DNA of 63,185 bases, counting the filler, from Octopus bimaculoides (lineage: Eukaryota), in assembly GCF_001194135.2 (NCBI RefSeq). It is 4 parts of 3 records of this genome, joined end to end, with 100 filler letters (N's around TTAATTAATTAA, not from the genome) between each part and the next. Parts side by side here need not be neighbours in the genome. Positions count along the whole stretch, not along the records: positions 1 to 29,251 come from NC_068993.1; 3 more parts are not named here. One strand, given 5' to 3'. Position 1 is the stretch's first letter, and each line of letters begins with the position of its first letter. Under the pieces are notes generated by a model. It was not told the origin of the DNA. It ran no database searches and saw only the letters and a program-made list of their open reading frames with translations. The translations under genes and the position numbers were made by a program. Positions 1 through 11,445 of the stretch are shown piece by piece.

Positions 1-156
1 ATGTGCCACACAGGGCAGATTTCCGTCGCAAAAAACTTGCACCAGAGAGTCTACAAGTTGTTGTACAACTTTGTATATAAAATAAATTTTACAAACAAAC
101 TTTTTAAAACATGAAAAAGGCAAAACTTACAGAGCCGACACGTCTACCGTCCGTCC

Positions 157-158
<2 letters not shown>

Positions 159-191
<33 letters not shown>

Positions 192-192
192 T
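159..192. repeat. (GATA)n microsatellite
   Basis: Direct tandem GATA units. Confidence 0.95.
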
Positions 193-642
193 GAATATGC
201 CTTGAGCTTTATATTCTGGCCTACTGTTCCCTCAACACATCTGAGTTTAAACTCACTAACACTCTTGTATGGTTGGTGGGGGGGGGGACATAAGTAGCAT
301 GCTGACCCTAAACATTTCATTTTGATATTTCAGGGTTTTTTATTTATATTTATTTATTGTCCTGTATGAATTGATGAAAGAAGTATTTAAGAGTATTATT
401 TATGCTTTATAATTATTATCATTGTCCTTATTATTATTTATTATTATCATCTCTCCACTGTAAAGTAATTAGTTGATGTCTCCCTTCAGGGAACAAGGAG
501 TTTTCTTTCTTTCTCTCTTTCTGTTTTTTTTTTCAAACCTTATTTCCAGATGTTCATGAGCCAACTTAACCACTGACCTGAACCAAACATCTACCATATT
601 CATACACTAATCTTCCATTCAGTCACCTGCATTATTTTAAGC

Positions 643-645
<3 letters not shown>

Positions 646-712
<67 letters not shown>

Positions 713-716
713 CACA
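646..716. repeat. (CA)n microsatellite
   Basis: About 30 CA units. Confidence 0.95.
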
Positions 717-1128
717 CATATTAACCCGAGTCATTCAGGTGCGTTATTTTTAGACACAAGTGTCAGTGGTAGGCCTGTATAAAAAGGGTGGTTGAGGAGG
801 GTGAAGTGTTGTCCTTAAAGCTCTTATCAGTGTGCTGTCCCATAACTTTAAAGCTTGTTGCCTGGTTGGTAGCCCGGCATCCCAACACTCATTCCTATTT
901 CACATTCATGAACAGTTATATATATATATTCTCTTCTGTCTGTCTGTTTCTCTCTTTTTCTCCCTCCCTCCCTCCTTCTCTATGTATCTATGTATCTGTC
1001 TGTCTGTCTGTTTGTCTGTGTTTATCTGTCTGTCTGTCTACCTATCTATCGGTCTACCTATCTATCTCTCTGTCTCTCTATCAATCTATAATAAACTCAC
1101 TTTTATTCAGACAGGTACTAGAAACTAT

Positions 1129-1450
1129 CTATTCTTTTACTTGTTTCAGTCATTTGACTACAGGCCATGCTGGAGCACCACAAATCGACCCCATCGGTTG
1201 TCAAGCGTGTGGGGGTGGGGGACAAACACACACACAAACATACATTCTCACATACACACACACACATGTATATATATATATAGTGTATGTATACAATGGG
1301 CTTCTTTCAGTTTTCCGTCTACCAAATCCACTCGCAAGGCTTTGGTTGGCCGAGGCTACAGTAGAAGACACTTGCCCAAGGTGCCACGGAGTGGGACTGA
1401 ACCTGGAACCATGTGGTTGGTAAGCAAGCTACTTACCATACAGCCACGCC
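1129..1450 (-). mobile_element. tRNA-derived SINE, family A (head, body, internal microsatellite, tail)
   Basis: Minus strand reads ggcgtggctgtatggtaagtagcttgcttaccaaccacatggttccaggttcagtcccac..ggcaccttgggcaagtgtcttctac, with A/B-box-like head; close to the copy at 37495-37796. Confidence 0.85.
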
Positions 1451-1530
1451 TATATATATATATATATATATATATAAAGAATGAGATAAAGAGACCAATG
1501 GCATAAATAAATTCATATTTTATGTAGAAT

Positions 1531-1579
1531 GTCTTACAGCTGTTTCAGGGAAAATTCAATGTATCCCTTCATCGGAGAC
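1531..1579 (-). ncRNA. Minimal type I hammerhead ribozyme-like motif (Penelope-type), U4C variant
   Basis: Minus strand: gtct-CCGATGA-aggga/tccct (5-bp stem II, 12-nt loop)-GAAA-cag ctGT-A-agac. Stem I is gtct/agac, stem III is the palindrome ACAGCTGT, cleavage triplet GUA. One core mismatch (CCGAUGA versus CUGAUGA). Confidence 0.65.
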
Positions 1580-1744
1580 GGTAATAGTATGAGTTAAGGA
1601 TTATTAAATCTGTATGAGGAGATTTGCAGTAAGAAATGAGAGCGATGCGGAGGAGAAAAAACAAAGAAGAGAAAGTACTTGGAGTATAGTTCCATTCCAA
1701 AAGTAAATATCCATGTATAGAATCCGTGTGGGTATTTTCCCGTG

Positions 1745-1792
1745 ATAATTATAGTTATATTGGTAGATATCTACCAATATAACTATAATTAT
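1745..1792. repeat. Perfect 48-bp palindrome with no spacer
   Basis: ataattatagttatattggtagatatctaccaatataactataattat equals its own reverse complement; centred on GATATC. Confidence 0.95.
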
Positions 1793-1934
1793 AATTGGAC
1801 AAGAAATTGTCACCGCTATTCATTATAGCAAAATCGGTAGAGCACCGATGAAAAATAAACGTGCAGCATTTACTTACGTCCCTTCAATTGTTTATCGACC
1901 TTCTGAGGTCGACAATTTTATTTCCCACATCGTA

Positions 1935-2182
1935 TGCACTCTGCAATCGTGCCACTTCAGGTTCAGTTCAACTGTGCAACACCTTGGACAAGTGTCTTCG
2001 AATATGGCCCCGGGCTGGAAGCCCGTTGTATATATGTGCGTGTGCTTTTGTTTGTCCCCATACCACTTGACAACAGGTGTTAGTTTGTTTACGTCCTTGT
2101 AATTTAGCCTTTCGGCAAACAGGCTGATGGACTAAATCTTTCAAGGCGGTGCCAATATGGCCAAAGTTCAATGAATGAAAGA
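1935..2182 (+). mobile_element. Diverged SINE family A copy
   Basis: ttcaggttcagttcaactgtgcaacaccttggacaagtgtcttc..gaagcccgttgtatatatgtg..tttacgtccttgtaatttagcctttcggcaaa aligns by eye to family A. Confidence 0.7.
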
Positions 2183-2363
2183 ATATGTGTATATACACCC
2201 ACACATATATCTGTATATGCATACTTATACATGTATACATATACATTCAAATTGCGTTTGACCCTCTGGCCGATAACTGATGAGGAGTTGGGGACCTTCT
2301 ATGTTTGTTTTCCGTTCGTTTTTAACTTTATGCGGCTTTTAACTTATGCGCGCATACACACAC

Positions 2364-2564
2364 GAATCGTTAGCACGCCGGACGAAATGCTTAGCCACAC
2401 TTTGTCCGTCTTCACATTCTGCTTTCAAATTCCGACGAGGTATTTTTTGCCGTTCATCCTTTCGAGGTCGATCAAATAAGTACTAGTTGAACACTGGAGT
2501 CGATGTAATCGACTTGACCACTTCCCCAAACTTGCTGCTGGCCCTTGTGCCAAAATTTGAAGTC
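2364..2564 (+). mobile_element. SINE family C
   Basis: gaatcgttagcacgccggacgaaatgcttag..gccgttcatcctttcgaggtcgatcaaataagtac..cactggagtcgatgtaatcgact; this motif set recurs more than 25 times in the window. Confidence 0.85.
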
Positions 2565-2578
2565 AATATATACGTTAT

Positions 2579-2615
<37 letters not shown>

Positions 2616-3084
2616 GTCTGGAGGAAAGGCGTTAGCTGAGCTTGACAAATCTTTTCTAATGAAAAATCTAGAGAAAACGAAGGAACATTAAAAAAAATTT
2701 TTAAATGGGAGACGCCAGCAACCACTTGGTAGAACAGAGATGTGTTGGTCGTTCTTTATTAGTTATACCACTTCGTTGTGATATTTATTATGTATATTAT
2801 TGCAATTTCACTTCCTACCAATCGTTTAATCTGATATTTATTTTTAAACCGTTAAGAATTTAGTAGCTAACTTCTTTAACTCTCTACCTACCATATTTCT
2901 GTTGAAATATTTGTTTTATTCAGTTTATATTGAAGATACGAAAAAGAAAAAAAATTTAACCACTTCGTCATTCATCAAATTAATGGCTAGGCTTGTTAGT
3001 CTGCGGGTGTGAAATGTTTGAGGGGTCTGGCTTAACGGGTTTTAAGCAAGATTTTTCAGCCGCCCAGCTACTTCGTTCGGTTTC

Positions 3085-3570
3085 CTTGGCTACCTATACA
3101 ACTATCTTCCTCTCTATCGTTTTATTTCCCTCCCTCTATTTCTCTATCTGCCGGCTTCTTTCTCTCTGTACCCCTCTCTCGCTCGCTTCCCTATCCCTCT
3201 ACCTTTTCTCTACCTCTTTCTCTTCCTCTCGTCCCTATACCTCTACCCTTTCACTGTACCCCTCTTTTTCTCTCGCTCTCACCTCCTTATCCCTCTTACA
3301 TTCACTTTACCCCTAATCTTAATCTCGCACTCATTCTCTATTCCACCTCCCCGCTCTCTCCCTAGATTTTCAATCCTTCCCACTCCCGGGCTCCCTTTTG
3401 TCCACTACATTTTTTTTTCCTTTCTCGTTACTCCCTTCACTTTAACACCCCCACCACACCTCGCACACAACCCATCCCGCCTTTCCACTCCCCTTCAACC
3501 TTTTTCCGTCTGCCTGTGTTGTCCGCCGTCTCTTCCCTAGGTTTCATGTCTCTCTCTTTCTCTGTCTGTA
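3085..3570 (+). repeat. Long pyrimidine-rich (CT) low-complexity tract
   Basis: About 480 bp dominated by C/T on the + strand; source of the spurious S/L-rich ORF 2993-3316. Confidence 0.85.
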
Positions 3571-3927
3571 TACATACATTCACAAGTCAATTTACACTAG
3601 TATTCGTGGAGTCTGCGACCGGTCGTCTGCCCCGACAACAAATAAAAAAAAATTAGAAAAGAATAATGTTTTCAATAAATTTCACTAAAGGGAATAAAAC
3701 CAGTATGTTGTAAGATTTTACGTGTGTGCTTGTAGCCTTTCCTTATTGTATATAGTATTTACCACTTCTAAACACATACATATGTATACTTTATGTACAC
3801 ATGTGTACTTACTAATCAGCAGAACGTTTCTGAAATGCGAATGATTAAAAAATAAAATAAAAAGGTAATAGCCATGTATTGAGTTCTATTTCTCTTGTTC
3901 TATCTAACCTATACACACACATTATAC

Positions 3928-3960
<33 letters not shown>

Positions 3961-4279
3961 TACGTGTGTGTGTATTACGAAAGTTGGCTTATGCCCTCTA
4001 TACCACAATTTTCTTTAATGTTTACAATGAAGTTTAAAGCTAAATTTTGCAAAATGTTTTCTGTTTGAAATACTTCAATTATATTCTTTAAGAACATTAT
4101 TTGATCTATTGCAAACACTTTAATATAAAAACAAAAGCAGAACAAACAAGTACGTAGCTTTAAATAGCTAAATTTTAATGTAAACTAAAAATATCTTCAA
4201 TTACTTTTTGTTTTAAACATTAAAATATATTTAGCAATGTTGAAAACGAATTTTCGGCTTTGAAATAAGAATTTAACCA

Positions 4280-4400
4280 GAACCCACGGAAGTTACTTCC
4301 GGTAATCCCTTTTTTTTTGAAGTCATCTTTCATTTTGGTTTTATGTCGTTCCTCTTGTGCGCCATGACTTCTGGCGTCAGCGATCATAGCCATTTATGCC
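4280..4400. promoter_or_regulatory. Candidate promoter: head-to-head ETS sites plus YY1-like motif
   Basis: CGGAAGT-T-ACTTCCG palindrome at 4287-4301 (right half extends to the ETS consensus ACTTCCGGT); GCGCCATGA at about 4358; locally CpG-retaining. Confidence 0.4.
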
Positions 4401-4635
4401 AGTCTGGTGTTTCATGTTTTGGGGTTTTTTTTTCAAGAATAGTACAACAGTAGTATCCTGTTGCCTAATGCCGGTTTATTTTATTTACTATGCTAGTCTC
4501 CTGGTCTCTTAAAGTACTGGACCTATTTAACCTTTAGCGGAGGGACTGACTCAGGTGACATCAAGAATGTCTAAATGTCTGTGGGCTTGCTGCGTCTGTG
4601 TGTAGAGGCCCAGCCCTCCTAATCCTTTATGCCAT

Positions 4636-4834
4636 TAACTTTTTGGTACCAACGTACCCGAGACCGCCCCTAAGTCCTATAGTATAAATTCCGTTTCATT
4701 AAAACCCACCAGAATTCACGTTAATTTACATTTCAAAAACCAGCTTAATAACAATATCTTAATAATTCATCATTATTTTCAAAATTTATTGAAACAAAGA
4801 CTATATTCCAACGGAAATATAACAAAACGGTTAA
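4636..4834. mobile_element. TTAA-flanked MITE (piggyBac-like), degenerate
   Basis: Ends ttaactttttggtacc ... tataacaaaacggttaa; related fragments near 13660-13720 and 18640-18790. Confidence 0.5.
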
Positions 4835-5382
4835 AAGACTTGATAGGCACGGTTGGAATAACTTTAATCAAAGATCTGTCTGTTCAGTCAGTATTAACCT
4901 AAAGATAGGTAATCCTACTCACTTCTCTGCTGTAGCTGATGAAATCCCCTTTAGACGCTTGCTTCATTACGTTAATTAATCGTACTAGGTCAGCATTTCT
5001 TAATTACAGGCTGATTTAAGACAGCTTTCCGCTAGAGTTGCACTTTTCACGCAAAAGCTAATCACTAGCTTTAATCTCTTGTATTTATTGCTTTAATGAA
5101 TGGCAGCATGTCTATAAAGAGATTTTTTTCTCTCTGATAAAAACTACAGCATCATGCCTGTGAACGTTGTATATACGCTAAATATACTACATAAATGGCT
5201 TTTCATTTTCTGTCATTTCTCCCATATCTTTATTTTTTTTTATCTCCATAAAATTTCTGACTCAACGTTTTAAGCTTATGATTAGTGTTTTTTTAAGCCA
5301 AAAATATCGAGAATAAATCCAATCCTACCTTTTTCTTCCCTTTCTGTTGTTGAAAAGGTTTAGAAGCGAGTCTCTGATTTGA

Positions 5383-5600
5383 TTGGTCTCTCTATTGCTT
5401 CAATTCTGCAACCCTTGTCACATCGACGTGAAGTCGCCACATTACCATAGGAAGTGTTCTGATGAACTGTCTCTCTTAGTTCCAATAACTTTATGCCATC
5501 TCGCCTCACAGCGTCTTCATCCAAATATTGTGCTTCTACGAATGAGCAAGTCTTTCTGCAGTAGTAGCTTTTTTCCTCGAACTGCCAGACTTTGAAACTC
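5383..5600 (+). mobile_element. Non-LTR retrotransposon (CR1/L2/Jockey-like) ORF2 C-terminal remnant
   Basis: Translation HRKCSDELSLLVP...HPNIVLLRMSKSFCSSSFFPRTARL matches the recalled pattern CSxEL..LVP...HP...SSFFPRTA.LWN at the end of LINE ORF2. Confidence 0.7.
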
Positions 5601-6473
5601 ACTTTCATTTCGTTTGTTTTCCTCCGCTTCTTATGACCTCAACTCTTTCAAATCTAAAGTAAATTCATTCTTTTCGTCTTAATTTCTCCTTCAACATAGT
5701 CCCTTGCACCAAGAGGTTTCTCACCTTGTTTGAAACTTTCTAGAGGAAAACAAATTCTGTTTCATTTGCGTACACAGAATTTTTATTTAGCCGGACGACT
5801 TTACGCAATATCAGTGAAATTATTATTCATTATTTCCTCTATATCGGAGGGGACATACTTCATCTAGATGTGTGACTAGCGAGTACAAGCCATTGACAAG
5901 GCTCAAAGAAGCTGACGCATTTTCATGGATCACTGCTGAGACGATGTTCCTTTTATTCCGACATGTTTTAACACATGTCTGTGAAATTTGTCTCTCAAAC
6001 AAAACCCACAGCAACGTGCCTGCCAATGATGTATATGCTAAGGATGGTACATAAATGAATATTTTAATGTAAATTTGTATAGTGTTAATAGCTTCAACAA
6101 TACAGATGGTGAGAGAGTAAAGGGGATATGGAATTTGTTCTCGATATGTTTTGCTTAAAGAAATGCTAGACATGAACTTAAGGCGTTCGGTATTGAAACG
6201 ATAAATTGAATTATAAACTTTACAGGGATAAAAGAAAACAAAATAAAGATACGGTTGAATGACGGAAGATGCGAAGGTCCTATAATGCATATAAAAAGAT
6301 AAATAATTATACAACTAGTAAATAAATATTCTGAATTCAGTAATGACGGTCTCCCTTGTCGCAAAGAACAGATGAGGGTTTCACAATTTCTCGTTGAACA
6401 TCCCTCACTGATGATTTGTTTATAGTGATCAAATGTTTGTGCTGCGTATTAGCTCACTCCAGATCTTTCTAAA

Positions 6474-6565
6474 TTGACGGGCACCACTTGTTTTTTTAAC
6501 GAAACACTTTCAAACTTGGAATACTGGTAGAATGTGCCATATAAAACATTTTTTTCTCTTAGCCT
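6474..6565 (+). mobile_element. Solo terminal arm of the foldback element family at 8410-9204
   Basis: ttgacgggcaccacttgtttttttaacgaaacactttcaaacttggaatactggtagaatgtgcc..tttctcttagcct is the reverse complement of about 9098-9192 with few mismatches. Confidence 0.8.
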
Positions 6566-8078
6566 CACTCCTGCTCTCAAATCAGCGTTGTCTGTACAAG
6601 TGCACGTCAGATGTTGAAGTGATCGCAGAGCAAAGTGAAATGAAGTGCTTTGTTCAAGAACATAACGCACCACCTGGTCCTGGAATCGAAACTGCGTTCT
6701 TGCTATCATAAATGCAACACCCTTAACGACTGACCCACGCTTTATCACTAATAAGCAGGCCATAAAAAGTTAACACATGAACTTAAATTCATTTGCCGGT
6801 CATACGTGTCCGTTGTGTCAACCATTTTTTTTTTTTTTTCTCGCTCAAAAAAGCAATGACTGAGAAGCTATGGAAGGAGATTTTTTTTTTTTTAAAGTTT
6901 ATTTATGGCCAACAGAAATGTTGATTTAAGTGTATTTACTGATGAACTCAGAATCGGTGACCCCCACGGGTTGCTATCGCTAACAATCCCACGTTTCTTT
7001 TTTTTTTTTTTTCGTTCTTTTTTTAACTATGATGGGCTGAAATCGGATACAGCAAACAAAACGATTGTCTGTTAAAGCAGCACATCATTTTATCGGAGTG
7101 GGAGACATGGTGGTGGTAATGGAGGTTACTTTTGTCATCTGGAAATTTCCATCCTCTTTTTAGGACTTTTATTATTTTTATTTGAAATAAATAAACAAAT
7201 AACCACCCGCTGTTCACTTCTTTCTGATTTCATTAGGTCCCTTCATAAACTTCGCTCGACGTTCTCCGTTCTCACTGATGCGCCCACACACACACATACT
7301 CAAACACAGATATAGATGTGTGTGTGTGTGTTTATATACATACACTCACGCGCGCACATATGCTGGGTGAGTGTGTATATATATTTATAAACACACAAAT
7401 GTGTGTGTACGTTTATGTGTTCGTATCACATTATAGATTAGAGCAGCGTCAGGCACCTGTTTACTCTTGAATCTCACCCGCTTCGTTCCTCCTCTTGAAG
7501 CCAACCAACAACGGAGGGCAAATACTCCTTCCTGAGTTTTAAATAGAAGGTCATCCAAGTTAATTGATGTCTTATCACCATCTTTGCGTTTCCTCCCCGC
7601 ATTGAATTGAAAGACGAGAAAGATAGAGCACCATTCACTCCATGACGCCTGAGAGTGATTCTGTCTTTTCGGTTCTAACTCTCAATCAATTTGTTGCCAA
7701 CAGGATACTACTGTTGTACATACTCCATAGGATACATAATAATTAGTTTTAGCGTTGTGTTTTGTTTTTCGTTTTTTTTTTACGAGGAAAAAACGTCGAC
7801 AGTAACTTCGAAGTTTCCGTGCAGCTGTGTATATGTGTTTGTGATAATCTACTCAAATGAATTAAGTGGTCCTTCAAGTAATGTTTGGCAGATTTTGATA
7901 TCTGTATGCACACATACACACACGCGCCTTACACGCATATATATATATATATATATATATATAGCGAAGATTGGCGCCGCCCATAAATATTTCAGACCCT
8001 CCCTTCTGGGTCGAGCAGGATAAGGCAACCATTAGTTTTCACCTCATTATTTGTCATCGTCGTCATCAGCATCATTAT

Positions 8079-8262
8079 GGCGAGCTGGCAGAATCATTAA
8101 AGCACTGGAAAAAGTGCTTTGTGGTATTTGTTTCGACTTTTAAACTCTGAGTTCAAATCCCGCCGACGTGAACTTTTTATTTTATCGTTTCGGGATCGAT
8201 CAAAGTACCAGTCATGTAATCAAGTAACCCCACTCGTAAATTTGTGTCTTGTGCCTTACAAT
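8079..8262 (+). mobile_element. SINE family C
   Basis: ggcgagctggcagaatcattaaagcac..ctgagttcaaatcccgccgacgtgaac..cgggatcgatcaaagtaccag. Confidence 0.8.
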
Positions 8263-8409
8263 AATGTATTCAGTATGCGTGCGCACAACGACCGGAAGTT
8301 ATGGGATCTAGTACGGAAAGATTGCCGCTCTCGTACTGATGAAACGCAATGTCATATATTTTCACCGAAAGATTGCTAGGGCAACTTTAAGCTAAATAGA
8401 AAATATCTA

Positions 8410-9204
8410 GGATCTTTATGATTTGACGGGCAACATTTTTTTATGTAGTGTTTTTGGTACCGAAACACTTTCACACTTCGTATACTTGTATATTTTGTGG
8501 TATAGAACAGATAACAATTTTTGTATTCAAAGTTATTTCACGTTAAAAATTGTCTTATTTCGATAATTTCAACTAATCACTGACATCTATTCAGTTGAAT
8601 ACAGTTAGTGCTATGACGGTGTATATGGTATTAATCACCGTTAGTTCTGACATTTCCGATTAACTAGACTGTTCGTAAACAAAGGGGGGGAAAAGCCATC
8701 AAAATACTTGAATATTGCTTGCACTTGTTATTTCCTAGAAATAGCAGCCAAATCTTCTTCAAATCAAACTCTAGTTTAGGGTTAGGGTTCGGGTTTTAGA
8801 GTTGGGGTTAGTTTTAGGATTACGGTTAGGGTTATGATTATTTTTGCCATAACCTTAACCCTAAAACCCTATAACTCATAACCCCAACCGTAACCCAAAC
8901 CCTAAAACCCTAAACCCTTACTAGGGAATAATGATATAATTAAACAGGGAATAACACTCTTAACACCGGTAAAAAAATATTGTTTATAAAAAGAGCACTG
9001 ACTGTATTCAGCTGAATAGACGTCAGTGATTGGTTGAAATTACAGAAATACGACAACTTTAACATGAAATAACTTGCGATGTACAATTTTTTGTTAAGAA
9101 GGCTAAGAGAAAAAGTTGTTTTGTATGACACATTCTACCAGTGTCCCAAGTTTGAAAGTGTTTCGTTAAGAAAACAAGTGTTGCCCGTCAAATCATAAAG
9201 ATCC
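8410..9204. mobile_element. Foldback/MITE-like palindromic element with inverted telomere-like core
   Basis: Perfect 26-bp terminal inverted repeat (8410-8435 versus 9179-9204); internal arms are also inverted (about 8563-8612 versus 8989-9037); centre is degenerate (TTAGGG)n 8775-8836 followed by (CCCTAA)n 8849-8920. Confidence 0.8.
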
Positions 9205-9775
9205 AATATCTATATCTCAAAATTTTGGTATGCCTAGTAACGAGTACAGAGTAAAATAATATATGTAAATACATGGTACACACAACGTTATCTGTGGTAG
9301 TGCAATTAACTAGACTGACGACAATGGGAATTTCAAGTTCCTTCTTATAATTTATCCGGATTAAAAGAGTTAAGAAAATAGGTAGTGTATATACCTACGG
9401 TATGCGATATCGACCAACCGTCACTCCACCACTAAAATTTCGAGGCCTTGTGTCCTATACTGCAAACAGTTACTCTTGTAGTGACGCGAAATTATGGCGC
9501 GTTTTCTAAGTTTCTTTAGATGCCTTCGACGTGACAACTACTTGCTCCTCTGGCATGCCTCAACGAAGCTCTTAATCTCCAGATGCTGATTACAAGTTAA
9601 CCAGCGGTTACCAGGCTGAATGATAAAGGTTTTATGTTGTTAATTGTTCACACTTGCCTTTGTTCTACTGTTTTCTAATATATATTTTTGTTGAAAGGTG
9701 ATAGAGAGAGAGAGAGAGAGAGACTAATGTCTCAGTGTTGCTATCAACCTTTTACACTTTTTTTTTTCATATTTT

Positions 9776-10050
9776 ACGTATCATTGGACTGCGGTCATGC
9801 TAGAGCACCAGTACTTATATTTTACTGAAATTTGGTACTTATTCTATCAGTGACGTTTGTCGCACTGCCAAGATATGGAAGCATAAACAAACCAACACTG
9901 GTTGTTAAGCGATAGTCACAAACACATATTTATACACACACGCACGACAGGCTTGTCTACCGAATCCACTAAAGGCTCTGCACGGCCCGGGGCTATAGTA
10001 GAAGACAACTGCTCTCGATATCACGCAGTGGGACTGAACTTAGAACCACA
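9776..10050 (-). mobile_element. SINE family A, diverged
   Basis: tcattggactgcggtcatgctagagcacc..ggcccggggctatagtagaagacaac..cacgcagtgggactgaac. Confidence 0.75.
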
Positions 10051-11445
10051 GTAATTTCCTCCTTTTTCTTTCTCTAACCCCCCTCTCTCTTTCACTATTG
10101 ATATCTCTGACCATCGACTAATTACATTCCTCTCGTTTAGAATCAAAACAAGAGCTTTTTCCTTTATTGACTAGTCTAAAACACAGCGTCTATTTGTCTG
10201 TAAAAACCTCGAACAGCTCAGGTCAGATCAGTGTCAACGGGGTTAAAACTCCTTAGAACATGTCTGTTCTTGACATGAACGTATTATCATCTGGTTTGGC
10301 AAACCCTTCACTCTGTGACAATCTCTAATTTATTTATTTATCTTACCTTCTCACTACCCACTTCTTTCCTTTCGACTAGGTGTGAGATTTATTTCAGTAA
10401 CTAAAACCGATCTGTAAGTATCTTTTAGATATCATGGCTAGCTCTATATACGTTACTTAATGTTTTTTTTTTTNNNNNNNNNNNNNNNNNNNNNNNNNNN
10501 NNNNNNNNNNNNNNNNNNNNNNNNNNNNNNNNNNNNNNNNNNNNNNNNNNNNNNNNNNNNNNNNNNNNNNNNNNNNNNNNNNNNNNNNNNNNNNNNNNNN
10601 NNNNNNNNNNNNNNNNNNNNNNNNNNNNNNNNNNNNNNNNNNNNNNNNNNNNNNNNNNNNNNNNNNNGGGGGGGGGGGTGATGTGTTAAGTACGACCAAA
10701 CAACAACCTACAGCAACGTGGATTAAGCTTGAATTTTTGTGTCAAATAATGAATTGACTTGCATAGACTATTATCAATATGGTCAGGCGAGAGAGAATTA
10801 CTTTAAAAAATGTCAGAGAGAGGGGAGAGAGATGGATATTATGAAGAAATGAGTAAGAGGGCGATAGAAGCTTGGCTTTCACCAGGGTTTATTGGGATAA
10901 GGTAGAGGAACTTATACGACGCTGTCGTCGGGGGGGGGGGTTAGAATAGGAAGAAACTGTGAAAGGGGCCATCATAATATTAGAAGATATTTAATATATC
11001 GCTTTCCTTACAAGAGATGTTTATTGGCAACATTTTCACCATGACAACACAAACAGTATATGATGGTGTTTTACAACGGTCGACTTCAGAAAGAAAGAGA
11101 AGCGACTGAAATGTTTCGGACGATGGGGTAAAAAAAAATTGAGGGGAAAGGCCTGTCTGTGTTGTATGTTAGAGATTGTGAGATAAAATGTGCAACTAGA
11201 AGAAAGAAACAAGGGTAAATGTAACTTTCCTTCCTTGATCCACAGGGAAGGGAAAAGAGCACAGAATTAAGCGTAGTTTTTTTTTTATGCTGGTTTTATT
11301 TATTTGTATCCCTAAGTTTCATACAACGGGTGTTATACTTCTGAAATTCTGAAAGAATCTCCGCCCCCTAATTCTATTACTATTCCTTTCTGCATGAAGT
11401 TGGAATAGCTACCTCACAAACTCTGTCTATGAATTTGTATGTATA

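Noticed and set aside
788-1506. 211- and 224-aa ORFs
   Set aside because: They run through CT/TCTG microsatellites and an antisense SINE.
1614-1703. + frame MRRFAVRNESDAEEKKQRREKYLEYSSIPK
   Set aside because: Short, weak donor, wedged between repeat-derived features; no support.
5823-6314. Longest non-repetitive ORF (163 aa, minus, non-ATG start)
   Set aside because: No recognisable motif, no clear splice signals, composition typical of AT-rich non-coding DNA; next to a LINE relic.
8775-8920. Ancient telomere-telomere fusion site
   Set aside because: It lies at the symmetry centre of a TIR-bounded element with a related arm nearby, so a transposon origin is more economical.
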